A stretch of DNA of 64,000 nucleotides from Candidatus Omnitrophota bacterium (GCA_020429915.1 JAGQKV010000018.1:5770-69769), one strand, 5' to 3'. Numbered from the stretch's first letter, positions 19,745 through 29,284 are shown. Notes: generated from the letters alone by a model not told the origin. Program-made: numbers and translations.

Positions 19745-21010
19745 ATGAGGCCCGATCGATATTTGAAGATCGGACTTACGGTGGCCGGGATATGGTGCGT
19801 GGCCGTGGCTGCGGGGATGGCCGAGGTCCACACGGGAGAGGCCCGGCGGGTGGCCGGCAACGGTGTGCTGCCGCGCGCACACCTGGAAGCGGTGGTCGCC
19901 CTTGAGGCCCTGGGCACCTATGTCGAATACGGGTCCTACGGGGCCGACCGGACCGTTGTCGAATTCTCCGACCGACGCGGTTATAACGGAGGGGATGAGG
20001 GACTTAAACTCCTTAAAGACCTGCATCATCTCGATACCGTGATCATCGAATCGCAGGATATATCCGACGCGGGACTGGCTGTGTTAAAGGACTTGCCGGA
20101 ACTGACCGCGGTGGACCTCAGCGGTTCGCATTTTACGGGCGAAGGGCTGCGCCATATCGGCACCCTCACCGGCCTGACGAATCTGAATCTCTCCGGGATG
20201 ACCGGGCTCACCGACGACGGACTGCGATCGTTGTCCGGCCTGACCAAACTCTCGGCCCTGAGCATGGAAGACGTGATCCTGAGCGGCGACGGCCTGCAGG
20301 CCCTGGTCGATCTTCCCCTGCAAAAACTTTCGCTCGATTCGGCCCGGTTGGACGACTGGAAAAAATTGGGCGGCCTCAGGAATCTGCGCTCGTTATCCCT
20401 GGCCGATTGCCGGAAATTCAAGGACGACGACGCGGCCGTACTTTCCGGATTGGTCCGGCTGGAGGACCTCAGCCTGTTTCGCACCGGCATCACCGACCGC
20501 GGACTCGGTGTGCTGTCGGGGATGACCCATTTAAGGCACCTCGATCTGCGCTACACGTCGATCACGGATCAAGGCCTGCAACCGCTGGCCGGTTTAACGG
20601 ACCTGGAAACCCTGAAACTGCACGGCACCGACATCACCGGCAGCGGGCTGGCCGCGTTGAGTGACATGGCCCGCCTGAAGGAGCTGGACGTCAGCTACAC
20701 GCCGTTGGAGGACGTCGGCCTGGTGCACATCGGACGGCTGGGCACCCTGACCTGGTTGAACCTGGCGCAAACCAATATCACGGACGCCGGCCTTACGGAA
20801 CTCCGCGGATTGCGCCAGCTGGAAACGCTCTCACTCAGCCACACGGACGTGACCGATCTCGGCGTGGAAAAGCTCAACGCCCTGCCGCAACTGAAAAAGC
20901 TCGGGTTAAAAAACACACCGGTCAGCAACGCCGGCCGCCGCCAGCTTCTCGAGAACCTTCCCTACGTCACCGGCGAATACAACGAACCACTGGTCCGCAA
21001 CACGCGCTGA
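19745..21010 (+). CDS. secreted leucine-rich repeat (RNI-like LRR) protein
   Basis: Signal peptide, then more than 12 repeats of L..L.L..T.ITD.GL..L..L..L. Confidence 0.85.
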   Translation: MRPDRYLKIGLTVAGIWCVAVAAGMAEVHTGEARRVAGNGVLPRAHLEAVVALEALGTYVEYGSYGADRTVVEFSDRRGYNGGDEGLKLLKDLHHLDTVIIESQDISDAGLAVLKDLPELTAVDLSGSHFTGEGLRHIGTLTGLTNLNLSGMTGLTDDGLRSLSGLTKLSALSMEDVILSGDGLQALVDLPLQKLSLDSARLDDWKKLGGLRNLRSLSLADCRKFKDDDAAVLSGLVRLEDLSLFRTGITDRGLGVLSGMTHLRHLDLRYTSITDQGLQPLAGLTDLETLKLHGTDITGSGLAALSDMARLKELDVSYTPLEDVGLVHIGRLGTLTWLNLAQTNITDAGLTELRGLRQLETLSLSHTDVTDLGVEKLNALPQLKKLGLKNTPVSNAGRRQLLENLPYVTGEYNEPLVRNTR

Positions 21011-21047
21011 CCGGGCGACCTTTACACACCTCACCGGGACACCTATA

Positions 21048-21731
21048 ATGATGCCGATGCTCAGCGACAAGGATTTCCACATCATCGATAGCAACGGCCG
21101 TCTGACCGTCCGGTTTGAGCCCGGCTTGGGGCTGCCAGAGTACGCCGTCGACTTTACCGATCCGACGTTGTTGTACCGAATTCGAAAGGGGGGAGGACGT
21201 ACCCAGGCGATCGCCAAGGCGGTGGGGATCAAAAAGGGCCGGGCGCTGCCCACCGTGCTGGACCATACCGCCGGCTTCGGACGCGACGCCTTTGTCTTGG
21301 CGGCGCTGGGCTGCCGCGTGCACATGCTGGAAAAATGCCCGGCGGTGCGCGCATTGCTGGCCGACGGGCTGCGGCGGGCCGCAACGGATTCGGAAATCGG
21401 CCATTGGGTGACCGAGCGGTTGAGTCTGCAGGACGGTGACGCGCCGCTACCGTTTGCTCCGCAGACCGTGTACCTCGATCCGATGTACCCGGCCCGCAAA
21501 AAATCAGCCGCTGTTAAAAAGGAACTACAGGTGCTGCGCGCCTTGGCCGGGGATGAAGACTTGACCGTGGCCTTGTTCGATCAGGCGATGGCGCTCGCCG
21601 CCGAACGCGTGGTTATCAAGCGCCCGGCGTCGGCGGCATTTATCATCCCGCAGAAGCCGGACGGGATTGTTGAAACGCCGAATCATCGGTTTGAAATTTA
21701 TAAGCGCATGACTTGTGACGCTTTGAAGTAG
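21048..21731 (+). CDS. rsmJ: 16S rRNA (guanine1516-N2)-methyltransferase RsmJ-like SAM-dependent methyltransferase
   Basis: VLDHTAGFGRDAFVLAALGCRVHMLEKCP and overall RsmJ-like length and order. Confidence 0.75.
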   Translation: MMPMLSDKDFHIIDSNGRLTVRFEPGLGLPEYAVDFTDPTLLYRIRKGGGRTQAIAKAVGIKKGRALPTVLDHTAGFGRDAFVLAALGCRVHMLEKCPAVRALLADGLRRAATDSEIGHWVTERLSLQDGDAPLPFAPQTVYLDPMYPARKKSAAVKKELQVLRALAGDEDLTVALFDQAMALAAERVVIKRPASAAFIIPQKPDGIVETPNHRFEIYKRMTCDALK

Positions 21732-21743
21732 CGTATTAAATCC

Positions 21744-21892
21744 GAATATCGAAGGAATATCGAATCACCTAGTGATCAAAGGACCAAATTTGCCAGGCTG
21801 CGCGCCGCATCCCAGGAATTCTCGTCCGGCCGTTTCGGTAATTTGAAATTCGATGCTTCTGATTTCCTTCGGTTTTCGATATTCGATATTCC
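21744..21892. repeat. pair of inverted repeats (tandem GAATATCGAA units) bracketing ~110 bp between rsmJ and hslR
   Basis: 21744-21765 is gaatatcgaaggaatatcgaat. 21873-21892 is ttttcgatattcgatattcc, which is the reverse complement ggaatatcgaatatcgaaaa. Confidence 0.5.
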
Positions 21893-21901
21893 AAACACTT
21901 T

Positions 21902-22288
21902 ATGGACACAGACGCCGGAAGAATACGATTGGACAAGTGGCTGTGGGCGGTGCGTATCTGCAAGACGCGCGCGGCGGCCACGGACCTCTGCAAACGCCAG
22001 CGGGTGAGCGTGGACGGACAGAACGCCAAACCCTCGCGCGAGATCCGGGAAGGAAATCTCATTACGGTCAAACGCGACGGTATCGACTGGCAGTACAAGG
22101 TGCTCAAGTGTATCGACAAACGCGTCGGCGCCAAGATCGCCGCGGAATGCCGGGAAGACCTGACGCCGAAAGAGGACCTCAAGCGGCTGAAGGAGGTCAA
22201 ATCCTCCTGGACCCCGCGCCGCCCCAAAGGGGAAGGCCGCCCCACCAAGAAAGACCGCCGGGATCTCGACAAACTGCACGGGCGGTGA
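21902..22288 (+). CDS. hslR: ribosome-associated heat shock protein Hsp15 (S4 RNA-binding domain)
   Basis: RLDKWLWAVRICKTRAAATDLCKRQRVSVDGQNAKPSREIREGNLI is a classic Hsp15/S4 motif. Basic C-terminal tail. Confidence 0.85.
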   Translation: MDTDAGRIRLDKWLWAVRICKTRAAATDLCKRQRVSVDGQNAKPSREIREGNLITVKRDGIDWQYKVLKCIDKRVGAKIAAECREDLTPKEDLKRLKEVKSSWTPRRPKGEGRPTKKDRRDLDKLHGR

Positions 22289-22353
22289 TGTGGGCCCACG
22301 CTACGGACGACCTCCTATTGACGCCGCCGCCAATATTCATTATAGTAAGGGCA

Positions 22354-23064
22354 ATGTGCCGGAATATGTTAAGCCTTACGCGCCCGCGGATAGTGAGTGC
22401 CTTGCTGGCCGCCGCTTTATTGACGGGTGCGTCCGGCTGCGGTGGCTCCGGGGGACCGGTCGGGACCAAGTACGGAGACGGCGCGGTCGCCGGATCCGGA
22501 GTGCTGACCACCCGGCGCATCGACGTTCACTTCTTTGAAGGAGTGAAGATCGATCATGATTTTGACATCAATATCGCCCAGGGGAGTTCCCCGCGCGTCA
22601 TTATTACCGCCGACGATAACATTACCCGCTTGCTGAAGCCGCGAATCAACGACAATATCCTGGTGCCGGAATTTGAACAGGGTTTTCGCACCCGTAAACC
22701 CGTCCGTCTGCGGATCGAGACGCCCGACCTGGAGCGTATCGATCATAGCGGCCGGGGAACCGTGATCCTGGACAATCTCAGTCTGGCAAACCTGGCGCTT
22801 AAAGTTTCCGGCGACGGCGATGTCTCCGGATTGGGCCGGGTCGACAAGCTCTGGATCGAGGCCGGCGGCGACGGGAATCTCCAGCTGGAAGACGTCACCG
22901 CCAAGCAGGTCGACGTCCTGCTTACTGGCAAAGGCCAGGTGACGGTCATGGCCACGCAAAAACTGGAGGCCACCAACATCGGCCGCGGCGAAATTATTTA
23001 TGCGGGCAACCCGCCGGAGACGGAAATCGACAATTCCGGCAAAGGCACTATCAGGAAGAAATAG
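22354..23064 (+). CDS. lipoprotein with DUF2807/GIN-type (adhesin head-like beta-helix) domain
   Basis: Lipobox LLTGASGC. Repetitive G-x-G beta-strand pattern. Paralogous to 25716-26375. Alternative start at 22366. Confidence 0.7.
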   Translation: MCRNMLSLTRPRIVSALLAAALLTGASGCGGSGGPVGTKYGDGAVAGSGVLTTRRIDVHFFEGVKIDHDFDINIAQGSSPRVIITADDNITRLLKPRINDNILVPEFEQGFRTRKPVRLRIETPDLERIDHSGRGTVILDNLSLANLALKVSGDGDVSGLGRVDKLWIEAGGDGNLQLEDVTAKQVDVLLTGKGQVTVMATQKLEATNIGRGEIIYAGNPPETEIDNSGKGTIRKK

Positions 23065-23065
23065 C

Positions 23066-23386
23066 ATGATCCCCGATCAGGACAACATCAAAGAATTGAG
23101 TGTCGAAGAAGCGCGGCACAAAATCTCCGCCGGCGAGGCCATCGTGATCGATGTCCGCTCCGCCCTGGACCATGAAACAGAGAGCATCGCAGGCGCCCGG
23201 CATATCGCGTCGCAGGAAGATTTTGACGAATTTATCACGCAGGCCGATAAGGAGCGCACCGTAATCTGTTACTGCTATTACGGCAACAGCAGCCTCGGTG
23301 TGTGCGCCGCCCTGCAGGAACGCGGCTTCACCAACGCCTACAGCCTGCGCGGCGGTTTCGACGCCTGGAAAAATGCGGCCGGATAA
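23066..23386 (+). CDS. single-domain rhodanese-like sulfurtransferase
   Basis: AIVIDVRSALDHETESIAGARHI ... active-site loop CYCYYGNSS ... RGGFDAW. AGGAAG RBS. Start abuts the upstream stop. Confidence 0.8.
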   Translation: MIPDQDNIKELSVEEARHKISAGEAIVIDVRSALDHETESIAGARHIASQEDFDEFITQADKERTVICYCYYGNSSLGVCAALQERGFTNAYSLRGGFDAWKNAAG

Positions 23387-23488
23387 GTCCGTCGCAACTC
23401 TCGAATGCACTTGCGACTATTGGAAGATGGTGACACGGTTACCCGATTGCGTGCCATGGACTGACGGTCGGTCAACGAAAGGACCCTT

Positions 23489-23971
23489 ATGAAAATCGAA
23501 AACGGAAAAGTCGCCCTGATCCATTACTCGCTGAAGAATGATGCCGGCGATACGATCGACTCGACAGTCAATGACGCGCCCATGGGCTACCTCCACGGAC
23601 ACAGCAATCTCATGCCCGGTCTGGAAAAGGCCCTTGACGGACGCGGTCAGGGCGAAAAATTCTCCATGAGCCTCTCGCCCGAGGAGGCCTTCGGCCCCCA
23701 CGACGAACTCAAGATTAAGAAAGTCCCGAAGGAACATTTCAACGGCCTCGATGATCTCAAGGAAGGCATGCATCTGCAGGTCAACAGCCCGCAGGGTGCA
23801 CAAATCGCCACCGTCCAGGCGGTGGGAGAGGCCGAGGTAACGGTTGATTTTAATCATCCGCTCGCCGGACAAACCCTGCACTTTGAAATAGAAGTCCTGG
23901 AGGTGCGCGAAGCCACCGCCGAGGAACTCGAACACGGACATATCCACGGCGCCGGCGGCTGCGGACACTAA
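23489..23971 (+). CDS. slyD: FKBP-type peptidyl-prolyl isomerase SlyD with His/Cys-rich metal-binding tail
   Basis: VALIHYSLKNDAGDTIDST ... LAGQTLHFEIEVLEVREAT ... HGHIHGAGGCGH. Confidence 0.85.
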   Translation: MKIENGKVALIHYSLKNDAGDTIDSTVNDAPMGYLHGHSNLMPGLEKALDGRGQGEKFSMSLSPEEAFGPHDELKIKKVPKEHFNGLDDLKEGMHLQVNSPQGAQIATVQAVGEAEVTVDFNHPLAGQTLHFEIEVLEVREATAEELEHGHIHGAGGCGH

Positions 23972-23974
23972 ACC

Positions 23975-24883
23975 ATGGCCGGGATGTACCGCAAGGCCGA
24001 CTTCATTCCGTATATCGCCGGCACGATGATTTTCGGCGGGCTGGGCGCGGTCCCGCTCATTTATGCAAAACTCACCGGTCTCGGTTACCAGCAGGCACTG
24101 GTGCCGTCTTTGGCCTCGTGCATCGTCTTTCTCTTCGCGCATGATGAACGCGGAAATTTTTCCTTCTTGCGACTGATTGCCGGAATGGCCCTCATTTACC
24201 TCACGGCCGCCCGGGCGGCTGCTAAAGGCAACGGACAACCGTTCTTTATCGCCGGCGGCGTCCTGGGCTTCGTGTTAATGGCCGGATGCGGTTGGCTGGG
24301 CATCGTCATCGGGCGCGCGGTCAGGGGAAAGCAGGCAGTCGCCCGCGAAGCAGAAGAGGAGGTCAAAGAAGCTGAAAAGGCGGCGGAAGAAACCGCGGAT
24401 TCGGTCGGGGTCGGGAAGATTGTCGAAGAGGACCCGGACTTTGAACCGGGTGATTCACCGTTTGAAAAGCTGATGTCGCAGACACATACTTCCTGGCGGG
24501 CCGGCGAACTGAATCCGCTCAGCCCGACGTGTTCGCGGGAGGCGCGCAACAATTCGCTTCAGCAGTTCATCGCAGGGCATTGCCTATACCGCGAAGATAT
24601 CGAGCGCGCCTGGAAAATCCGGCCGTTTGAGGAAGGGGAGTTTCTGGTCAACCTCAGTGAAGGAAATTTCGTGACCACCTCCAGAGCCTTGTATTTCTTT
24701 AAACCGCAGGAACGCGTTTTACGGCTCAATGAGCTCAGCGACTACAAGAGCAAGGGCTTCTTGAAAATGAGTCTGACCGTCAGATATAAGAACGGGGAAG
24801 AACAAAAATTCAATGATGTCGAGGTTCTCCCCGAAGATGAATACATCCAATACCTGATTAAGGAACCCTATAACGCCAGTTAA
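23975..24883 (+). CDS. membrane protein (4 TM) with cytoplasmic C-terminal domain, hypothetical
   Basis: Hydrophobic N-terminal half, a charged linker (EAEEEVKEAEKAAEE), and a C-terminal ~120-aa globular part. Confidence 0.6.
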   Translation: MAGMYRKADFIPYIAGTMIFGGLGAVPLIYAKLTGLGYQQALVPSLASCIVFLFAHDERGNFSFLRLIAGMALIYLTAARAAAKGNGQPFFIAGGVLGFVLMAGCGWLGIVIGRAVRGKQAVAREAEEEVKEAEKAAEETADSVGVGKIVEEDPDFEPGDSPFEKLMSQTHTSWRAGELNPLSPTCSREARNNSLQQFIAGHCLYREDIERAWKIRPFEEGEFLVNLSEGNFVTTSRALYFFKPQERVLRLNELSDYKSKGFLKMSLTVRYKNGEEQKFNDVEVLPEDEYIQYLIKEPYNAS

Positions 24884-24907
24884 CCTCTGCCAAGCGAAAG
24901 GAAACCA

Positions 24908-25336
24908 ATGAGTTTAAACAGTGTCAACATCATGGGAAATCTTACCCGCGATCCGGAAATGCGCTTCACGTCCAGCGGCCGTCCGGTATGTAATCTTTCC
25001 ATCGCCAATAACCGCGTCTACAGTAAAGACGGCCAGAAGACGCAGGAGGTGTCCTACTTCGACATCGAAGTGTGGGGCGTCGTTGCCGAAAATTGCGCCA
25101 AATACCTCGCCAAGGGGAGCGGCATTATAGTGGAAGGTCGATTGAAACAGGACCGGTGGGACAAAGACGGCAAGACCCAAAGCAAGGTACGGATCGTGGC
25201 CAATAATGTCCATTTCATGCCCAAGCGCCAGGGAGACGGCGGCAGCGGGTACGATGGTGGCGGCTACCAGTCCGAACCGGCACCGTCGCGGGCCTCGGCC
25301 GGCAGCCCGGCTGAATCGTCCGCCTGGGAAGAATAA
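24908..25336 (+). CDS. ssb: single-stranded DNA-binding protein
   Basis: NSVNIMGNLTRDPEMRFTSSGRPVCNLSIANN ... OB fold. Gly-rich acidic tail ending in an acidic C-terminus. Confidence 0.85.
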   Translation: MSLNSVNIMGNLTRDPEMRFTSSGRPVCNLSIANNRVYSKDGQKTQEVSYFDIEVWGVVAENCAKYLAKGSGIIVEGRLKQDRWDKDGKTQSKVRIVANNVHFMPKRQGDGGSGYDGGGYQSEPAPSRASAGSPAESSAWEE

Positions 25337-25341
25337 GGCCG

Positions 25342-25719
25342 ATGCCTGAGAAATACCTACGGCCCAGTTTCATCGCCAAGGAAGACGGCGACTTTATCTC
25401 GATCCAGGTCAGCGGCGACATCAACCAGTACACGCTGCCTGAATCGCGCAAACTCCTCGACGAAATCGTGCGCCGGCACCGCATCGGCAAACGCGACAAT
25501 CTGCGTATTTTGGTCGACTACGAGCTGGTCGGCGATGTCGACTCAGCCACGGTCGCCAATATCATCGATCGCCTCGAAAGCAACAGCGGGCGGAATCACC
25601 GGGTGGCGTTTATCAATATGCCGGAGGAATTCCAGCATTTGATTGAGATTTACAAATTGAAGGAGATGATTCTCGTCTTCGACTCCCGGGAGGAGGCCAT
25701 GCGGGAACTGATGAAATGA
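25342..25719 (+). CDS. STAS-domain (anti-sigma antagonist-like) protein
   Basis: Size and pattern of SpoIIAA-like fold (hydrophobic core, ILVDYELVGDVDSATVANIIDRLE). Low-specificity call. Confidence 0.55.
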   Translation: MPEKYLRPSFIAKEDGDFISIQVSGDINQYTLPESRKLLDEIVRRHRIGKRDNLRILVDYELVGDVDSATVANIIDRLESNSGRNHRVAFINMPEEFQHLIEIYKLKEMILVFDSREEAMRELMK

Positions 25720-26375
25720 ACGGAGGACCCCGGAAAAGCGGACTGAGTCTGCTCATCGTAGCTGTCCTGCTCGTCTCCGGCTGCGAACCCGGTGTCGTTA
25801 AGGGTAACGGGCGCTCGCGAACAGAGTCACGCGAGCTGACCGCCTTCGGTACGGCCGTGATTCACGGTGATTTCGCGGTCACCGCCCAACAGGGACTGCC
25901 GCCGAAGGCCGAGTTGACGGCCGATTCCAATCTGCTGCAGCACATCCGCACCACCGTCGCGGGCAGCGCGCTTCAGCTGGAACCCGACATGGAATTACGC
26001 AGCCGTCGTCCCGGAGAGATACGCGTGGTCAGCCCGACGCTGGAGGCGGTAACGCATGTGGGTCACGGTCCAGTGACCTTGAAACTCACCGACGCCGATG
26101 ATTTTCTCGTGGCGGTGAAGAACACCGGAACGGTCTCGGGCACCGGTACCGTGAACAAACTGACCATACACAGCGAAGGATCGGGTCATGTGGATCTGCG
26201 GGAGCTCACCGCGCGCGTTGCCTCGGTCATCGTGACGGGTGATGCGGACGTCACATTGACGGCCACCGCGACGGCAGTGATTGAACATCACGGCAAAGGC
26301 ACGGTAACGGTTTTCGGATCACCGAAAGATGTGGATAACAAGAACCTCGGCGAGGGCCGGGTCCTCATCAAATGA
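25716..26375 (+). CDS. lipoprotein with DUF2807/GIN-type domain (paralog of 22354-23064)
   Basis: Lipobox LLVSGCEP. Repeated (G-x-G)-V/I strands. Confidence 0.7.
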   Translation: MNGGPRKSGLSLLIVAVLLVSGCEPGVVKGNGRSRTESRELTAFGTAVIHGDFAVTAQQGLPPKAELTADSNLLQHIRTTVAGSALQLEPDMELRSRRPGEIRVVSPTLEAVTHVGHGPVTLKLTDADDFLVAVKNTGTVSGTGTVNKLTIHSEGSGHVDLRELTARVASVIVTGDADVTLTATATAVIEHHGKGTVTVFGSPKDVDNKNLGEGRVLIK

Positions 26376-26413
26376 CGGCGACCGGTGTGCCGGTCGGCGA
26401 GAAAGGACATAGA

Positions 26414-26794
26414 ATGAGCAAACAGATTATCTTAACCGCGAACGCGCCGGCACCGGTCGGCCCCTACAGTCAAGCGGTCCGTAGCGGTGATTTATTGTTT
26501 TGCGCCGGACAGATCCCGCTGACCAAGGACGGGCGCCTGATCGAGGGTGATGTGACCGCGCAAACCGAGCAGGTCTTCATCAACATCCAGGCCGTGCTCG
26601 CGGCCGCCGGACTGAATCTGGAGCACGTCATCAAAACCACGGTATTTCTGAAGAGTATGGAAGATTTTCAGGCGATGAACGCGGTCTACGCCCGTTATTT
26701 CGCCGCCGACACCGCCCCGGCCCGCTCCGCCGTGGAGGTCGCGCGCCTTCCGAAGGATGTGCTGGTGGAAATCGAAGTGATCGCGCATACTTAA
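26414..26794 (+). CDS. ridA: RidA/YjgF family reactive intermediate deaminase
   Basis: APAPVGPYSQAV ... LLFCAGQIPL ... PARSAVEVARLPKDVLVEIEVIA. AAAGGA RBS. Confidence 0.85.
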   Translation: MSKQIILTANAPAPVGPYSQAVRSGDLLFCAGQIPLTKDGRLIEGDVTAQTEQVFINIQAVLAAAGLNLEHVIKTTVFLKSMEDFQAMNAVYARYFAADTAPARSAVEVARLPKDVLVEIEVIAHT

Positions 26795-26879
26795 ATAAAC
26801 ATCCCTCAACGCGTGGGACAGCCGGCCCGTCCGGATGTTCAGGGATGAAACCCCGGCCCGCCAGGGGAGAGGAACATAA

Positions 26880-27599
26880 ATGAAAAGATATTCCGCCGGA
26901 ATGATCCTGTTACTCGCTCTTTCGGTTGTGTCGTCATCTGCCGCCGGTGACGAGCCGGCCGCTGCCGTCTTCAATAACGACCGGATCATGCCGCAGGCGT
27001 TGCAGCTTCCGGAGGACCGGGCTGCCTCCCGCCGCACCGAGCTCTCGGAGGTAAAATTCCTGCAATTTGAGTATACCTACCGCATGGAGACACTGGCCCG
27101 CCGAATTCATGCCAAAATGAAGCACCGTCTGCTCGAAGAGTACGGCTATGAAGTCACCGATTTAGAAGTGAACGCCTACCTGCAACAAGTTCGTAAGCTG
27201 CGCTCTAAAATGAGCGAAGCGGAACTCATCCAGGTACGCTCCCAAATTGCGGACTGGCACTTCGACAGCATCCTTTACGACCGGTTCGGGGGCCAAGCCG
27301 TCCGCCTGCCCAACGGCCGGATCAAACCCGTGGAGGCATACTATGCCTACGTGGAAGAATTGATGGCTGAAAAGGTCCTGTTCTTCCCGATCATCGAATA
27401 CCGGGCCGCGTTAAAGATCCTGAGTGTCTACTTTGAACGCGACAAGTATCCGGAAGTCCACGAGCTGGAAGCCCTCAAGTACTTCCTCCAGCCGAGCTGG
27501 GGCCCGTTTAATGAAAGGTACAACGCCCTTCCCATGCGGGAAAAGATCCGTATCCGAAATGAAATCAAACGTTTAAGAATAATACAAAAAGCCCTCTGA
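26880..27599 (+). CDS. secreted hypothetical protein
   Basis: Signal peptide MKRYSAGMILLLALSVVSSSAAG. No recognisable motif. Confidence 0.55.
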   Translation: MKRYSAGMILLLALSVVSSSAAGDEPAAAVFNNDRIMPQALQLPEDRAASRRTELSEVKFLQFEYTYRMETLARRIHAKMKHRLLEEYGYEVTDLEVNAYLQQVRKLRSKMSEAELIQVRSQIADWHFDSILYDRFGGQAVRLPNGRIKPVEAYYAYVEELMAEKVLFFPIIEYRAALKILSVYFERDKYPEVHELEALKYFLQPSWGPFNERYNALPMREKIRIRNEIKRLRIIQKAL

Positions 27600-27744
27600 C
27601 GACTGCCGGAACGAAGATTCGTCACGCGCGTGGCGAATTTCCCCTATCCCACCAGCTCCGATTTTTCACTGGCCGAACTCCCGGAAAATTGCTAAAATAG
27701 TGCCTCAGAACATGTTGAGGATTACAGAGGAGGATCTTGCTGCC

Positions 27745-28251
27745 ATGAAAACACGATTATGCTTGCTTGTTATGACGACCCTGCTGGTGTCGACTTTACC
27801 GGTTGCCGCCGCCACGCAAATGCTCACGGAAAACGACAAAAAGGAACTCGATCAGCTTCGTCGCGAAGTAATCGACCTGCGGGTGGAAAAGGAAGTACTG
27901 ATCAATAAATTGGAAAAAATCCAGACTTTAATGTCCTTACCCGACCCGGCCAACCCTGGACCGGCATTTAACGACCGCGTCGCTCAGGAGGTGTTGGACA
28001 AAATGGCTCGTGCCACCCGGCGCTTCGCGCGCCGGAACAACGGGATTTACCCGCAGCATATGAACCAGCTCACCGATGTGTTTCCACCCTACATCAAGGA
28101 CAACTATTGTAATAAGATTTATTCCGGCTTTCACTACAACTGCCACATGTCGGAGGACGGTTTTAAATTCGTCGCGACCCCGTTGACCGTGGGTCAGACC
28201 GGGTCCAAGGTCTTCGCGATTACTACCGGCGGACCGTTTTTCGACCGGTAA
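27745..28251 (+). CDS. secreted hypothetical protein
   Basis: GAGGAGG RBS at 27727-27733. Signal peptide MKTRLCLLVMTTLLVSTLPVAAA. A GTG at 27700 is an alternative start. Confidence 0.5.
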   Translation: MKTRLCLLVMTTLLVSTLPVAAATQMLTENDKKELDQLRREVIDLRVEKEVLINKLEKIQTLMSLPDPANPGPAFNDRVAQEVLDKMARATRRFARRNNGIYPQHMNQLTDVFPPYIKDNYCNKIYSGFHYNCHMSEDGFKFVATPLTVGQTGSKVFAITTGGPFFDR

Positions 28252-28636
28252 TCGCGCGGCCGTTGTACCGAAAACCGGCTTTTCCGAGCGTGGTCCCTGA
28301 CTCAGTGGGGATTGTCGCATTCACCTTTTTCAGAGCATCCGACGGCGAAGCAAGATCAGTTTCAGGACTGATCGCCGCTAGGGTCGGCTGTGGCGTTGCC
28401 GTTTACTTGTTGAACTTTCTGTTTTATGCCGACATCGATGATTTGACGACCCCCCTCAAACCGACGCAAAGCTGCTATCCCGGGGGGACGTGCCGGGATG
28501 TAGGCATGGAACCGTGGGGAGGACAGGGGACACTGCTGCTTTCCGCCGTCAATCTGATGCAAGGGCTGTTGGTCTTCGACGTTTTGTTCGGCATTTACCT
28601 ACTTGTTTTCAAACTCAGAACCAAAGGGGCTTTAAC

Positions 28637-29284
28637 ATGAACAAACGCTTCGCCGTCATATTGTCCGGCTGCGGATTCCAGGACGGCAGTGAAATCCATG
28701 AAGCGACCATGTCGCTTTTGGCTATAGAACGGACCGGAAACAGCTATCAGTGTTTCGCACCGGACTGCGATCAGCATCATGTAACCAACCACCTGACCGG
28801 TGAGCCGGAGGAAGGCAATCGTAACGTGCTCGTCGAATCGGCCCGTATCGCACGGGGCAAGGTGAAGGCCCTGAGAGAGTACCGGCAGGAAGACTTCGAT
28901 TATCTGATGTTGCCCGGCGGGTACGGCGCGGCGCTGAACTTGTGCACTTTTGCGGTGGACGGGACCGAGTGCGGCATTCACCCGGAAGTCGAACGCGCCG
29001 TCACCACCACGCATGCCGCCGGCAAACCGATCGGAGCTCTGTGCATCGCACCGGTTCTGCTTGCCAAACTTTTGGACGAGGTTAAGGTCACCGTCGGTAA
29101 TGACGAGGATGTCAACCAGGCCCTGAAGGCGATGGGCGCCACGCCGCAAAATACCAAGGCGGAGGAAATCGTCGTCGATGAAAAGAAAAAACTGGTCACG
29201 GGCCCCTGTTACATGCTCGATTCCAATATCATCGAGATCGCCAACGGCGCGCAGAACGTGGTCAACGCACTGCTCCGGATGTAA
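28637..29284 (+). CDS. elbB: ElbB-like DJ-1/PfpI-family protein (class I glutamine amidotransferase-like)
   Basis: KRFAVILSGCGFQDGSEIHEATMSLLAIER ... CFAPD ... NHLTGE ... ALCIAPVLLAK. Confidence 0.8.
   Translation: MNKRFAVILSGCGFQDGSEIHEATMSLLAIERTGNSYQCFAPDCDQHHVTNHLTGEPEEGNRNVLVESARIARGKVKALREYRQEDFDYLMLPGGYGAALNLCTFAVDGTECGIHPEVERAVTTTHAAGKPIGALCIAPVLLAKLLDEVKVTVGNDEDVNQALKAMGATPQNTKAEEIVVDEKKKLVTGPCYMLDSNIIEIANGAQNVVNALLRM

Noticed and set aside
21853-23064. 403-aa plus-strand ORF spanning hslR
   Set aside because: A composite frame. Its 5' part overlaps the clear Hsp15 gene in another frame and looks like R/G/P-rich junk. Only the 3' part, from M at 22354, is a real lipoprotein gene.
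23417-24238. 273-aa minus-strand ORF (also 22417-23067)
   Set aside because: Antisense to slyD, rhodanese and the DUF2807 lipoprotein.
28263-28640. 125-aa ORF immediately upstream of elbB
   Set aside because: No RBS, no recognisable motif and odd composition. It may be real but is not supported, so it is left unannotated.
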